64,000 nt of DNA. Source: Eledone cirrhosa (lineage: Eukaryota). The stretch's first letter is position 1. Every line of letters starts with the position of its first letter. Both the position numbers and the translations under genes were made by a program. The stretch is from the NCBI GenBank assembly GCA_964016885.1, contig OZ024742.1, positions 59,210,001 through 59,274,000 on the forward strand, read 5' to 3'. The notes beneath the pieces were generated by a model. That model was not told the origin of the DNA. It saw only the letters and a list, made by a program, of their open reading frames with translations, and ran no database searches. This document shows positions 43,780 to 59,919 of the stretch, one piece after another.

Positions 43780-44184
43780 GAGAGATAAGCCTCGAAAATC
43801 GCAGGTGCGTACCCACACCATGGTCCTGTTCGATTCTTTCATGATAACGCTCAGCCGCATACATCAAAGATGATTCATGAGAAGCTGATGTAACCAGGTT
43901 GGGATGTTCTGTATTCACCCGACCTCATGCCAGACAGACAATCAACCTTTTCTCTCAATGAGCAATGAAATGCATTCAAAGAACTTTACCAATGAAGACT
44001 AGTTAAATCGGTGGCTGACAGAATTATTCACATCGAAAGCCGGAAAAATTCTACAGGGATGGAATCATGTGCCTTTCTAAACGATAGTGATTATTTTGAC
44101 TTGTAAAATTCTCCTAATGTTAAAAAACGCCAAAGTCAATAAAAAAATTGAAAAAATGGCGAGAACCATTGTTTAACCTAAAAT
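43780..44184 (+). mobile_element. Mariner transposase C-terminal remnant plus degenerate TIR
   Basis: LFHDNAQPHTS, GWDVL, YSPDLMPD, with stops. Confidence 0.85.
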
Positions 44185-44605
44185 ATATATTTTCCACCGT
44201 TTCCAAATGGATTTATATGGATAACGTATTTAGTATATCTCATCTACTAATAAAATCTGAAATAATTTGTCTTCTTTTTCCAATCATATATCATTTGTTT
44301 TAATATTTGCAAATCCTATCATTAACCATCTGTTTACAGCATTTACTCTTGGTAATAAAAACTAAATACCCCTTTTCCTAATGTAAAAACCCAGATCGCT
44401 TTTTGTCAACGAAGGTTTTATCAATTGCCGTAAAATATTATATTGTAACTTAAATTTCTTGTTAATTTTACGTTCAACTCTTTCAATCATAAATATATTA
44501 TAATGTTACACATTTTAATACACACATGCATTTTTGTTGTTGTTGCTGTGGTTTTGTTGTCAGCCTGTCAACCGTTTGTTGTTGTTTTCCTGCTAGAAAT
44601 TCATG

Positions 44606-44669
<64 letters not shown>

Positions 44670-44828
44670 TCATTTCTCACAGGTACTTTGAAATAAGAGA
44701 TAACTAATAATAATATATACTGTCTCGCAGTTAGTTCAAATAGAGTATGTATATGTGGGAGTACGCGCGGATATATATATGTATGTAGAATCTATCAATT
44801 TCTCTCTCCCTCTCTCTCTCTATATATA

Positions 44829-44866
<38 letters not shown>

Positions 44867-44956
44867 TGTGTGTGTGCATGTATAAACATATGGATATAAA
44901 GTTATATATGGTTATGCATGAATGTATATATACGTATATATATAAGTATATGTATA

Positions 44957-45004
<48 letters not shown>

Positions 45005-45008
45005 AAAG

Positions 45009-45047
<39 letters not shown>

Positions 45048-45051
45048 AAAG

Positions 45052-45113
<62 letters not shown>

Positions 45114-45288
45114 AAATCAGTGAAAAGAAGGGAGGTAAGCAGGTTGGGTATTAAAAAATGACATAAAACATAGAAGAGTTGAAAGAGACGTCAAATCGTT
45201 TGATGTGTTGATATCTCTATAAATCATTTCATGAGCGGGGAAAATATGGGATGGAACAGCGACGAACAATGCGAACTATATGACAGCG

Positions 45289-46024
<736 letters not shown>

Positions 46025-46106
46025 CATATATAGATATATATATATATATATACATATATACACATATATATATATATATACATCATATATATGTATAAAC
46101 ATATAT

Positions 46107-46157
<51 letters not shown>

Positions 46158-46376
46158 TACGTATACGTGCGTATATGTGCGTATATGTGTGTTTATGTAT
46201 TTCACATATATATGTTGTGTGTATGTTTGTAACTTTCTATACAGTTCACAACAACCAATGCTTGTGCACTGACTGGCGTCCGTATCAAAGTCGAGTTATA
46301 AATGTTTAAACGCAACTTTAGAATTGAAATGTGTAATATGGCGGAGGATATCATGATTTTAATAGTAGTGCGTTAC

Positions 46377-47490
<1,114 letters not shown>

Positions 47491-48472
47491 AGAGTCTGAT
47501 GAATATATTGCTAAAGTCGTTAAAAAAGTAATATCCGTGAAAATATATAGAACGTCTTTTTCGGTGAAATAGGTTCCAGTTATTGGGTTCGGTCAACGGA
47601 ACGGCCTAATCGTAATATAGACGTGTAAGTATTACACTTACACCTAGGTTCTAAATATAGTTTCTAGAGAGCTTCAAGGTTTATGGGCTTCCAAATAGAA
47701 TAACTACAGTCAAACACATTTCTCTCACACAACTTGGGTAAACGGGGTGGCGGTGGTCAGAGAACACCTCACTTTGTATATATACGCGTGTATTATATCA
47801 TAACACATATGGCAATAGGGAATTTGATGGTGTTAGTATGCCATTGTTTTGTAGCAAGTTATTGACTAACCTATCACAAGTTAACTTTACAGAACAATCG
47901 TTTAGTCGGTATATGGTGTGGTAAGTAAATATATGCATAAATACCAGGTGAACTCGAGACTATGTTAAATAAACTCTCCCATTCGGAACCTCGCGATTGT
48001 GACACGAACTTCTTAAACACTCAATCATTCTACGTCCATAATATCAATGAACGTCAGAAATTTTGTCACACTATTTTTTATGTTTTCTAGTGTTAATCTT
48101 TGTAACCTGCACTTGTTGACTAATTTTCAAAAGTTCCAATCCAATATGACTTCTGTACATTTTTTGATAGTCCTAAAGAATAGATATGCAAAGATGATCT
48201 CCGCGTAAAGGGACGTATCCAATTAAGACCAATTTATTTTGCCTGGTATAGCTCGGACATCAGTAATACAGGTCGATACGTAGATTCATTCATAATAGGG
48301 AGAATGAGTATAAGAAAAAAATATAGAACGTTGACTCACATACACAGACACACACAGACACGCATATGATATATATGAGATATGATATATAGTGCGTGGC
48401 TTTGATAAAAGGTATTTATATCTTTTCCTGACCAGAAAAGATATAAATTCCTCCACATTACTTGGACAGTCA

Positions 48473-48521
48473 GCTTCCTGGTGATTTCTCCCGAATGAAA
48501 CAGTTCTAGTCCTGTAGAGGC
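48473..48521 (+). ncRNA. Type I hammerhead (A6 mutated to G in this copy)
   Basis: gcuuc-CUGGUGA-u uuc uccc gaa u-GAAA-cag uucuaguc cug-UA-gaggc. Related fragments at 50-128, 28097-28149 and 54940-54965. Confidence 0.72.
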
Positions 48522-48525
48522 CATT

Positions 48526-48583
<58 letters not shown>

Positions 48584-48609
48584 TATATATAATAAATATG
48601 ATTCTTGGC

Positions 48610-48907
48610 AGAACTGTTCTAGAGAACGAGTTGCAAGTGGGAGATAGCACTAAGCCACCATATATGATAGCTAGTTACGATATAAACGGGCACCTGCCGG
48701 GCAAATAAGCAACCTCAGACCAACAGCGGTAAACTGCTAATGGAGATTGAGTAATGGGGGACACTTCTAACTCCCCTCAAAACTTCCACAACCCAGTGAT
48801 GTAGCTACGACGATGCGGATAAAGACCGACTCTAAAAAAAGCTTAGTTTTCGCGGCTCTTGGAAAAGTATCAGATTGATGAGTGGCGCGAATAAGACCAC
48901 CAAAACT
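48610..48907. repeat. Unclassified dispersed repeat, copy 2
   Basis: Similar to 13275-13571. Confidence 0.75.
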
Positions 48908-49231
48908 AAACTAAATGTTTATCTATAAACATACAGTATTTCTTTAGAAATATGAAATTTCAACACATACACACATATATATATATAACTTTGATAACTT
49001 TGATAGGTTTCTCTAGTGTGCTTGTCTGTGATTTAATACATCCAAAACGGCAAATAATGGGAAAATACTTCGAAAGGAAGTTACCCCAGAAATGGGAATA
49101 CAATTGGAATAAAACAAGTTTCGCATAAATCGGAACACCGGTTCCCGAGATACGGGTTTTTTTCCGGGTACCTTCATAAATAGCGAGAGAAAAAGATCGC
49201 GATTGTGAGAAGTTAAACTGAAAAAGAGAGG

Positions 49232-49308
<77 letters not shown>

Positions 49309-49538
49309 TAGAGAATGAAAATGGAAGAGAGAGAGAGAGAGCTGGTGGTGTTGGTGAATGAAATATATACACACATATATATGTATAAATACACACATAC
49401 ATACACAAACACGCACCCACCCCCACATATATATGAGCCTTCCTATTTCATGTTACATTATATACATGTCTGTGTATATTTTAATTATTTAGAAATTATT
49501 TTTAAATGAACGTAACCCAACGAATCACGAGTGATCTA

Positions 49539-49567
<29 letters not shown>

Positions 49568-49573
<6 letters not shown>

Positions 49574-51520
49574 AAGATTGAAGAATAACATGGTCGGCTT
49601 TACAAAAATGGTTTTATTTCAAGTATTAACAATTGTTTCATTGATCAGGTGAGTCTAAAGGCCGCTAATCACTCGAAGTTGCGTTACTCGACCTTAAATA
49701 CAGTGTTTACCTCTGATCAAATCATCGGAATACTGGAGGTTTTACATATGGCATTGGTATATATAGATACAACGGAGAATCAAAACAATAACATCAATAA
49801 TAAAAGATAATAATAAAGAAGTAAAGAGGTTAAAATGAAGATGATATAGTTATGAAAAATAAGTAAAAAAATAATAAGTACAGAATACGATAGCTGATAA
49901 TAGTGGTGTTGGTGGTGGTGATTAAAGTTACAGTGGTGAGTAAGTGTATGTGTAAAGACGTGGTGAGGGTAGAGATAATACTAACATGAAAAGAAACATT
50001 AGATACATACATACGTGGTGGTCAAATCTCAGAAGGTTAGAGTAGAAAATGAAAAATAAAAAATAGTAACAAATGACAAATAAAAGATTAAAAATAATAA
50101 ATTAATAGTTAAGTGAGAGGGGAAGAGATACAAGGATGAGATATAAGGGGTAGGGCTAAGGACGGGGAAGGAGTAGATAGGTAGATAGAGAATAAAAATT
50201 GAGAGGGAGAGTTTTGATATATGAGTGTGGTAAATGTCTCGCAGCCTGATTAATGGGGTTTATGTGGCTTTAGGGAGAGAGAGTGAAAGAAGGTTAGGAG
50301 ATTTATGATGTCGATTTAGTGACCAGTTGGTCAGTTGACAGCTAATAACAGTGGAGTGGTATGTAGTCAGTACATTAAAATCCAGATGGTCCGGCTTGAA
50401 TTCTGAGATTGCTGGATCGAATCATGTTGGTTTGAAATTTGCGAACTTGGTAGCTGCTTTGTGCCTACAGAAAATTGAACGTTCTATTTTGCTGTTAAGC
50501 AGCATTTTATCATATTTTAAAATATGGAACAGCTTCATATTGCAAAGTCCGCAGTGGGACATTCCATTGTTGTAGGCCTTTGCTCCCGATAATTTCGACC
50601 AGCTAATCCCATATTCCTGGTTTGTGTCCTTAAGCTGGCAGATTTTATTGGCCAGCGTTGTTGAGTTCTCTAGTCTACGTTTCTACATAGAGTGTCTGTG
50701 AACGTACCACCTTTGTTTGAATTCCCCAGCCGTGGAACCTATGTAGTGCCATGCTAAGTTGCCCGAATTTATAGTACACAAGTACACTGCACTTGATTCC
50801 AGGCATCTATTTTGTAGTTGGCACTTATCCGGCAGGTGGCAGTTACAGTTTGAGGCCTTCCTGTGTGCAGGTCCTCCGTTGCAGTTTTGTATGTTGTTAT
50901 GGATGGGCTGAGATTTAGGCTTATTAGTGTTTTGTTGCGATGCGCCCTGATGTGTTTATGGTGGTGATGTTGTTATGTGTTGTTTTGTATTTGGTGCTAA
51001 GGTGTATGTTGGTAGGTTATTTTCCTTCGAGATTTTTTTATAGTTGATTTTATGTATGTGTGATTCTGTGATGGCTGCAGTAGAGTAAGAGAGTTTGATA
51101 GTTTTTCTGTTAAAGATTCTATGGTATTTGTGTAGTTTAGGGAAGGTATTTGTGTAGTTTGTAGAACGTAGTTTGGTTTTTATAGAGGAGTTGAATATTG
51201 GATTGAACCATAAGTTTTTCCTATCTCTGGATTTTCTATAGTTTCTAGGCGTCCTTATACTAGTATTCGGTTCAGTTATTTCTGGTGCTCATTGTCTATT
51301 TCTATGTTTAGTTCTATATTTGTTATTTCTATAGGTGTGGGTAGTGTAGCTGCGTTAGGTTTGTTGTTGCTGTCTCTATCTGGTATGTATTTGAACCCCT
51401 CCTTATGGCATGTCTTATGTAAAGCTATGTTATAGTAGTTTGCGTGTTCGTTAAAAATCTCTAGGTTAGAAGATAGGCTGAATATCTGAGGGATATACTA
51501 TGTGTTATGGAGTTAATTAT
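49568..51520 (-). mobile_element. 5'-truncated Hydra-like PLE
   Basis: Minus-strand translation near 50850-50455: CNCHLPDKCQL..CLESSAVY...WHYIGSTAGEFKQR...CGLC...FCRHK, with a stop. The 3' end abuts (TA)n. Confidence 0.88.
49622..49734 (-). ncRNA. Variant hammerhead (CCGAUGA) with large stem II insert and intact GUU site
   Basis: aguauu-CCGAUGA-u uugaucag..cugaucaa u-GAAA-caauug-UU-aauacu. Confidence 0.82.
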
Positions 51521-51586
51521 GGAGAGTTAACAATGCAGAGTACTCACAACCTCTAACTGGATTACCTATAACAATAACTTGTTATC

Positions 51587-51639
<53 letters not shown>

Positions 51640-51640
<1 letters not shown>

Positions 51641-52190
51641 CGGCGATGAATTAGTTTTGCGAGGTTTTTTATATGATATCGTGTGTCGAAACAAATATTG
51701 TTATACTTGGGGAGGGTCATATTTGTGTAATATTGCCAGAATTAATAACAGAACACACTCACTGTTTGGTTGGTTTTCGCTTTTCGCTTCTGTGTCTTTT
51801 ATATCGGTAATTTAATTTATTCGCTCCTCAATGTTGCCATTGACTGACCAACGGAAAAAAATACAGATACAATATAGACACAAACACATATATATAGTTT
51901 ATCAAAGTTCTTTCGTTGCACATCTGCAACATCGTCAGTGGTGCTATTATTTCCTCCCATTGCATTGTATTTTCTACGCCATCTTTATTTAGTCTGTTTA
52001 TATATTTATTTATTTGTTTATTTTTTTTGTCTTCTTTGCGCATGCGTTTGCGTGTGTGTATTGTGTTTTGTTTAATGTGTGTTCGTGATTGGGTGACTGT
52101 GTATTGGTTAATGTATTCTATCTTTACTAGTGTGTGTTTATATGTATTTGTTGTTATTGTGCTTGTGTATGTCTTTATTTATTTATCTAT

Positions 52191-52233
<43 letters not shown>

Positions 52234-53770
52234 TACTTCTCTTAGGTCAGTGTTGTTTGTTTGGGTGTTGTTATTCCATTCATTTTTTCCTGTTTAGCCT
52301 TGGCCTTCTAAGTTCTATTTCACTGGCCTCTCTGATTTGCCTATCTGCTGGGTCATTTCTATGTTTAGATATTATTCTAATTTCTATGTTGTCTATGTCA
52401 CCGTCGTGTTGTTGTCTGGTATGTTCGTATAGTACTGAACCGTTTTTTCGTCCTTTTAGTTCCCCCCAGTGTTGGTCTATCCTTTCACCTATGCTACGAG
52501 CTGTCTCGCCTATGTATGTTGTTGTCATGTTTCTGCAAGTACCCTCTGTACATAGACTAAGTTTCTAGTTTTACAGTTTATGCGGGGGTTTACCTCACAT
52601 ATAATACATTTCCTATTAGTACAGTGGGTTTTCTTAAAAGGGTATGTTTTGCTGATCAAGGATTTTATGGCGTTTCCTGGCTTTTCTACCACCTTAATCT
52701 TTAAGTGGGTCTTTCTCAGGGCCTTTCTACACTGGTTAGCTAATTTCCCTCCAGGGGTAGCGTCCACAAACATGACACTCTGGTATCTCTGGTTGTCGTA
52801 CCATGAGGTGGCTTTCCCTATCTTATGTCTAGCCTATCTAAGCTATTCCATGATTTGCTCCTGTATAATGGGCAAATTCCTTTCATGTCCAGTTCTATGA
52901 GGGTCTTATACTTCTCCGTGGCTCCTTCGTATACTCTGATTCTGTCTCTTTGGTTGTAGCCAGAGAACTGCATGCGGTTGATGAAGTGTTGGATGTGTCT
53001 TTCCATTTCTGTTGGGTCGCACATGCGGGACACGTTCTTCATCACTCGTACCAAGTCTGCGATCAGAATATTAAACTTAGCACTAGTGGACATTGCTGAG
53101 TTTTTGAGTATCAGGTATTTGGAGGCCATGGGTTTAGCATAGTGTGAGTGGAGAATTTGGGCTCTCTCGTCTATAGTGTTAATCTAGAGTTCCGTGTCTA
53201 ATACAGGTAGTCTATTGTTAGGGTGTTTGGAAGGGTAGTCGATAGTTACAGTTATACGCTGGTGTATGGAATTAGCTATCTGCTGGATGCTTTCCATTGT
53301 GCTAGGTTCTAAATCAAACTTGTTAGTGCTCTCTTGTGGGGATGCTCTTATAACTATATTGATATCGTCTACGTAACGAGAGTACATGATGAGGTCTATG
53401 GAGCTCTCATTAAGGAGATCTTTAAGTCTCCTTTCCCACCATACCATAAAAAGGTTGGCAACGTCACCAGCTATGCTGACGCCAATGGCTGCTCCCTCAT
53501 TTTGGGTGTAGATCTTCTCGTTGAACTTGAATATGTGGCCCTTTAGGGTAGTTTTGATACTAGCCCCTATTGCATGTGCGACCATTTTTCTTACCTGATC
53601 ATTGTTTTGGGGGGTCCGTATAGCTTTGGTCCACCCAATCCACCTTCCCATGGGAGTCTTTTTAGCCATTGAGGTTATGGTAGAGGGGTCTATCTCTTAT
53701 GGGTCTACTGGGGCAGAAACGTCTAAGGTCATGGCTGTCTAGGTAGTCAGTGTCGTAGGTAAGTCTAAGT
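51640..53770 (-). mobile_element. 5'-truncated PLE of a second type (YVDD RT, Cys-rich linker, GIY-YIG); HHR motif at 51902-51941
   Basis: QNEGAAIG..IAGDVANLFM, RYVDD, LPVLD, CTNRKCIIC, YIGETARSIGERIDQH. Broken into four ORFs. Confidence 0.92.
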
Positions 53771-54060
53771 TTATATATATATATATATAAATGGAAAAGA
53801 ATGAAACGAAATTTCATTTCTCACTCTTAGTACGGCTGATACTCAAATGTAAGTATGTAAACGTACATACATATATGTATACAGACGTACAGTAGTATGT
53901 ATATATATATACATACATGCACATATATATATATATATGTACGTATGGGTTTAACGAACATTTATTATAATGTTCGGTTTGTTTGTAAACAAACAGCCTG
54001 AATTACGCCGTACAGTGTTCGGAAACCATCGTCGCCTTTTTGTTCAACACTGACACTGGA

Positions 54061-54103
54061 ACGATGTACTAGTTTCAAGCTTATTAGCTATCGTCAGCAT
54101 CGT
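54061..54103 (-). ncRNA. Minimal type I hammerhead
   Basis: acgaug-CUGACGA-u agcu aaua agcu u-GAAA-cuag-UA-caucgu. Confidence 0.9.
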
Positions 54104-54590
54104 ATACCTTCCTGTCAGATGATTGAACGTTTGAAAGTATATACTTTCCTTATGTATATTAATGTATCAGCAGCCTAATTTGCATATCAAGTGAGTTAAT
54201 CGGCCGGGCGTGCCGAAAACGATAAATGTAAAAGAATGAAACGAAATTTCATTTCTCGCTCTTAGTACGGCTGATACTCAAATATAAGTATGTACACGTA
54301 CATACTTATATGTATACAGACGTACAGCAGTATGTACACATATACATACATGCACACACATATATATATATGTACGTATGGGTTTATTATATGTACGTAT
54401 GGGTTTATTATAACGTTCGGTTTGTTTGTAAACAAAAGGCCCGAATTACGCCGTACATTCTTTTCCATTTATCGTTTTCGGTACACCCGGCCGGTTAACT
54501 CACTCGATATGCCAATTAGGCTGCTCAGCCGTTAATATGCATAAGGAAAGTATATACTTTCAAACGTTCAATCATCTGACAGGAACGTAT

Positions 54591-54633
54591 ACGATGCTGA
54601 CGATAGCTAATAAGCTTGAAACTAGTACATCAT
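54591..54633 (+). ncRNA. Minimal type I hammerhead, inverted copy
   Basis: Same as 54061-54103 with one stem I mismatch. Confidence 0.87.
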
Positions 54634-54838
54634 TCCTGTGTCAGTGTTGAACAAAAAGGCGACGATGGTTTCCGAGCACTGTACGGCGTAATTCGGGCTG
54701 TTTGTTTACAAACAAACCGAACATTATAATAAATGTTCGGTAAACCCATACGTACATATATATATATGTGCATGTATGTATATATATATACATACTACGT
54801 CTGTATACATATTTGTATGTACGTGTACATACTTACAT

Positions 54839-54871
<33 letters not shown>

Positions 54872-55204
54872 GAGGGTCGACTGAAAAGTTCATAGGAAAT
54901 GTTCAGTGATGTCTTGGTTATTTGTTATGAATTAAAGGCTCTAGTCCTGTAGAAGTCATTTCTATGTGAGATAAAGATCTCTATACTCTACTAAATTATT
55001 AAGTACGTTTTGTAACGTCGGTTACCTTCCAATATCTATCGAGAATCTACCTAAATACATGTGTATATATTTATATATATACATACATAAGTTTGCTCAT
55101 TTATTGTGGAACTAATTCCCCCCCCTCTCTCTATATATATATTTACATATATATATACACACACATATATATATATATATATACATATATATATACATAT
55201 ATAC

Positions 55205-55260
<56 letters not shown>

Positions 55261-56403
55261 TGATTGATAATACAACCATATCTCTATATGGTTGTATAAA
55301 GAACATTTTAAATAGGCGGTGGAAGCAGTTTTGAACTGGGGTGCGGGGTGGGTGGGCAAATGTGGTCAATTTAGTTGTAGTGCTCAGTTTCGCTGGTTGC
55401 TCTCTAAAATGGTCAGAAAATGCAATTTGAGTCCAAGTCGATCATATTACATTTACACCTTTCAATAATTATAAAGTAATTATAGCAATATGACCTATGA
55501 AATCTGACTCTGAATACAGATACTAGCAATTAATAAATATGTGGAGAAAAAGTTATGACATGACAAAAAGAAATTTACTATGAAGGTTAACATAATATCT
55601 AATGTTATTATCTAATACCAACCAAGATATAAACAATTTGATATGCGATAAACATAACATGTAGATATATTGTTGCACATATACAAATAGATGTGTTTGT
55701 TTGTAATTTATGATATATACTCAATGAATTCTCCATTAGCTTCAATGACTGCTTCAATACGTGGTATGAAGCGTTATCATGTCCGAATCAGATATTCTTT
55801 ATTAATACTGGACATTTTGCTAGTAATGGCAGACTTGAGATATTCTATAATGTTGTGCGAGGGATCATTGACTCTCTTTCAACAACACCTCATACGAAAA
55901 TTGAGGTCTGGTGAGCTTGGAGGCCATATCTCTAAAAGAATGTGGTCATGGAAATTGTCACGCATCTCTGCATGTGTCATTCTGGCCTTACGAGAGAGCG
56001 TGGAACGTTGTTGGAAGACGAATGGTCTTCTGCTGCTTTCCCTGTCTATCCACCGCTTCACAACTCTCTCCAACCCGTCTTTGTAGACAATAGCGTTGAC
56101 TCTTAAGCCCTAAAAAAATAATGAGGAAGCATGACGTCTCCCTCGTTGATTGCCTCACCCATAGTCGTTGAAAATTTGGTGTGCATGACCGCTGGAACCT
56201 CATTTGGGTCTCTGCCTAGCCATCTATCATTCTTTCTGCTCACCTTTTGGTCTTGATCATAGTTTTTCTAATCGGAAAAGAACAAAAGTATTCCAGCTTC
56301 TTGATGTTTTATCTTATTCACTTTGCACGGACCAAACCATTTTCATTTGTCATACCCGAAATAAACTGACCTCTCCACATCATGGACAACTCTTCTGATT
56401 GCC

Positions 56404-56909
56404 CAGAGGTTCTCAGACTTTTGGGGCCATCACCCCACTCACGGCCACGTAATACCCTCAGCGTCCCAACCGTCTATTTCCAGAGAGACCTGCCTACATG
56501 CAAATTGTTAATAATATATAATAAATAAAATCATTAATTCATGTATAATAAATAATATAATTGTTTCTACTTTTTGGCACAAGGCCAGCAAATTACCCAG
56601 TGCATTACTGGTACTTTATTTTATCGACCCCGGTGGGATTTGAACTCAGATCGTAAAGGGACGTAACTATGCTGGAAAGCATGGCGTCCGACCTTCTACC
56701 GATACTGTCAATTCACCGCCCCCTATACTATGTATAAATAAATATTATATATTTTTTATTTTACTATATTTATATATATATATATGTATCATTTGATATT
56801 TAATATACTATTATATCATCTCTACAACCGACCACTCCCTAGGTCCCAGCGCCCCCTGTACCTTCTCAACGCCCCCGAGGAACAGTAGCACCTACTTTGA
56901 GAACCTCTG
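56404..56909. mobile_element. hAT-type MITE inserted in the transposase
   Basis: TIR cagaggttctca / tgagaacctctg; 8-bp TSD tgattgcc / tgatagcc. Confidence 0.88.
56555..56720 (-). mobile_element. SINE nested in the hAT MITE
   Basis: Reverse complement of the 10106-type copy. Confidence 0.88.
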
Positions 56910-58332
56910 TGATAGCCCATGCTAAAACCTTAAAATCCTTTGCGATGGCACTGATTGACTTTCCTGGGGTTTAATCAATTAATCTTTGAACGTTTGCTTC
57001 TAAACCTAGGCGTTCTGATTGTATTAAGTCCTTGCACATGCGTTTGGCTGCTGATGTTGGATCCCCCTCAGCAGCTTCCCGATCCTTTCTAACTTTGACA
57101 ACGATGGATCTGGCCATTTTCAAGAAGGAAGCTCTCGCTGTATCACTATACTATTCGTTTAAGATAACGATTACAGCACGCATTTTCATTTACTGAATCA
57201 ATCTAATGCCTGGCACTATTTATCAGAAGAATTTAAACAATAATAAGAAAGTTAGAGCTCAAGAATGAGGTGTCCTGAAAAACTGACGCACACTGTATAA
57301 TATATATATATATATAATATAATATACATACCTATATAATTTATGCACCAGAGTACACGCACTAACGCACGTATGCGTATATGTGTTTATGCACACACAC
57401 ACAACGATACAAATAAATATGCATGTATATATGTATGTATATCTGCATATCATAGGCATCCAAAAATATGATGGACATAAAAGCAACCATACAACAAAAA
57501 GATACAAATCGGACGCTTTATAAGAGATTATAAAGATAATAATATAACCAATGACTAGATGGGCAAGCAGCTAGGTCGAAATGTACATTATTAATATAGG
57601 CGAAGCACGAATGTCTATTTGAGTCACCATATTAGATCACTGACAAATGATGATATCACGTATAAATTCAATATTTTGATTGCAATTATCCGTATCACTT
57701 TCAGCATCAATGTAGATAACGTTCCAACGTTGAGTACATTATCAAACTGACACACTGAATATTTAATAACAAACTATATTGATAAATAGAAAATATTCTA
57801 CCAATAAATTTCCGTTCGTTATGACCTTGCTACGTCTTAAGGGTTTTCGGAACTAAGTAAGCTTTTGATAAATGTATTTTTTCTTGAAAGGTGAAATATA
57901 ATTGAAATATCAAATTCCTCTAGTTTCGGAGAGCAAATTCAATATCTTTTATCACATTACACGTCTCTATTAATACCAATTCATAAGGTACCAGCATGTA
58001 TATCATAAATTTATGTTGCGTGACCTTTAAGTTCAACTAGGAAGAAATATATATTACAGGGAGTCTAAGAGTGCAAAATGAGTTTATTGAACGTGTGCTC
58101 CAAGAAGAAAGGTATAGAACAGCAACAAAGACAATGAGAATAATAATAGATAATAGTAAAAATACATAAATGCACCTAAGTTAGTTTTTCAGTATTTCAG
58201 TTGTTCAGTCAGCAGAACGGCGTAGTCACTAAATTCATTTGTAAGTGACTGAGAATTCTGCAAACCAATATTACATTACAATAATTGCTGTTCGTTAATA
58301 TAGATATATTATTATTAATAACTCAATGAGGG

Positions 58333-58542
58333 AGGTGGATTGGCAGAATCTGTAGAGCGTTGGACAACATACTTTGCAGTATTTAATTATGGCCCTTTAC
58401 GTTCTGAGTTCAAATCCTACCGAGGTTAGCTTTGCCTTTCATCCTTACGGGGTGGATAAAATAAAGCACCAGTAAGTACTAGCGTCGAATTAATCGACTT
58501 TCCCCTCTCATTCAAATTGCTGGCCTAGTAGAAATTATTATT
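58333..58542 (+). mobile_element. SINE copy
   Basis: Head, B-box and core; flanked by a similar attatt(a/g)ataactcaatg duplication. Confidence 0.9.
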
Positions 58543-59519
58543 GATAACTCAATGGTCAATATCTTAACATCAACTTCTATTTCACAGAAGTTACCCCTGT
58601 AAAAGTTACCCCCGCTATATGATTATTCCGTCAATTATTCAATAGTGAGGAAAATGCACAATTATCGTTGAAAGTCCGTTTTTGTTTTGGTTGGTGAATT
58701 GTATTACATTTGACAGTTATTCTTTATTTGCTAAAGTGTGATGAATTTAGGGTCTCACTTTAAATCCCCGCTTTGTAGTGTGTAACAACCTTGTTTCCTA
58801 GTTTAACTTTTTGAACATTTATGTTCTGTATATTGCATACTATCATTAAACCATTGCGTCCTTGTAACAATAAGCAGCAGTGTTAGATAATTCTTCGTCA
58901 GTTGAATAAACACTTACTAATTATTATTCACTAAGTTCTTTCAAAAATTATTCGAGATGAACGGAATTAACTTCACTACACTGACATTTCTCGCTAGGTA
59001 AGTAATTATATTGGTGATACCTGCTAATAGCTAGATCTAGAATTACATCCAAGAAATCACCTATGCTATGATTCGCTTTAACAGTGGTCTTTCAATCTAT
59101 CACTTTTATGCTGAATGGGTAGTTGATCATCAAGGTAAATGCTAAGATCTGTGAGAGAAAAATTCTTTTAAAATTTAAGATGCATGATCCTATTAATGTA
59201 AAACCTCACCCCCATCATACAGCATCAAGCCATGAGTGATGGCATTAATCTATACATGACCACTACGTTTAACCAACAAAAATTTATCGAACTGTAGCAA
59301 AGTGTTCCTATCAGCAATAACAATATTAATGATCCGGTTATTGATTGGAATTAATTCTTTACCAAATTCTAAAGCTTTCCGAAGATGTAAATCTGGTCAT
59401 ATACGGGTAGAACTTTGTAACAACGAATGTTGGGTTTACCGAAAGTCCTTTAAAAGTTGCTCTCGTGATAGATGTATACATTCAAACATAGAGACGTTTT
59501 ACTATTTTACTTACAGCAA

Positions 59520-59919
59520 TAATAATTGTTTCTACTTTTGGCACAATGCCAGCAATTATCCCAGTGTATTACTGGTACTTTATTTTATCGACCCGTAAGG
59601 ATGAAAGGCAAAGTTAACCTCGGCGGGATTTGAACTCAGAATGGCAAGGGCCGTAATTCTTTGCTGCAAGACCTCTACCGATACTGCTATCCACCATCTT
59701 ACAGCAATAATAATGTTTTCTAATTGAAGTCAACAATTTTAGGAGAAGAAAGTTGATTAACGCGGCATCCAGTATTCGAATAGTACTTTAGTTTATCGAC
59801 CCCCGGAAGGACGAGAGGCAAAGTTGGCCTCGGCTGGATTTGAACTAAGAACGCAGAGAGCTGTAAGTAAATACCACAAATAATCTCGTCCGACGCTGTA
59901 TCAATTCTGCCAATCCACT
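59520..59919 (-). mobile_element. Two tandem SINE copies
   Basis: Two reverse-complement cores with ggatttgaact. Confidence 0.88.

Larger units (their letters stand above)
53787..54839. mobile_element. Non-coding HHR element: 435-nt unit in ~1.5 tandem copies plus an inverted copy (retrozyme/pLTR-like)
   Basis: The unit start recurs at 53787 and 54222. 54457-54839 is a reverse complement of the unit. Flanked by (TA)n. Confidence 0.85.
55690..57295 (-). mobile_element. Tc1/mariner-superfamily (maT-like) transposon, decayed
   Basis: FVFQQ...NFHDH...WPPSSPDLN and N-terminal PGKSISAIAKDF. Terminus TA|CAGTGTGCGTC on the minus strand. Confidence 0.8.

Noticed and set aside
47496-47553. CUGAUGA-hairpin-GAAA-AUAUAUA
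   Set aside because: Possibly a decayed HHR, but stem I is missing; not counted.
57548-57593. CCAAUGA...GAAA-UGUACA-UU
   Set aside because: Core mutated at G5 and stem I unclear; not counted.
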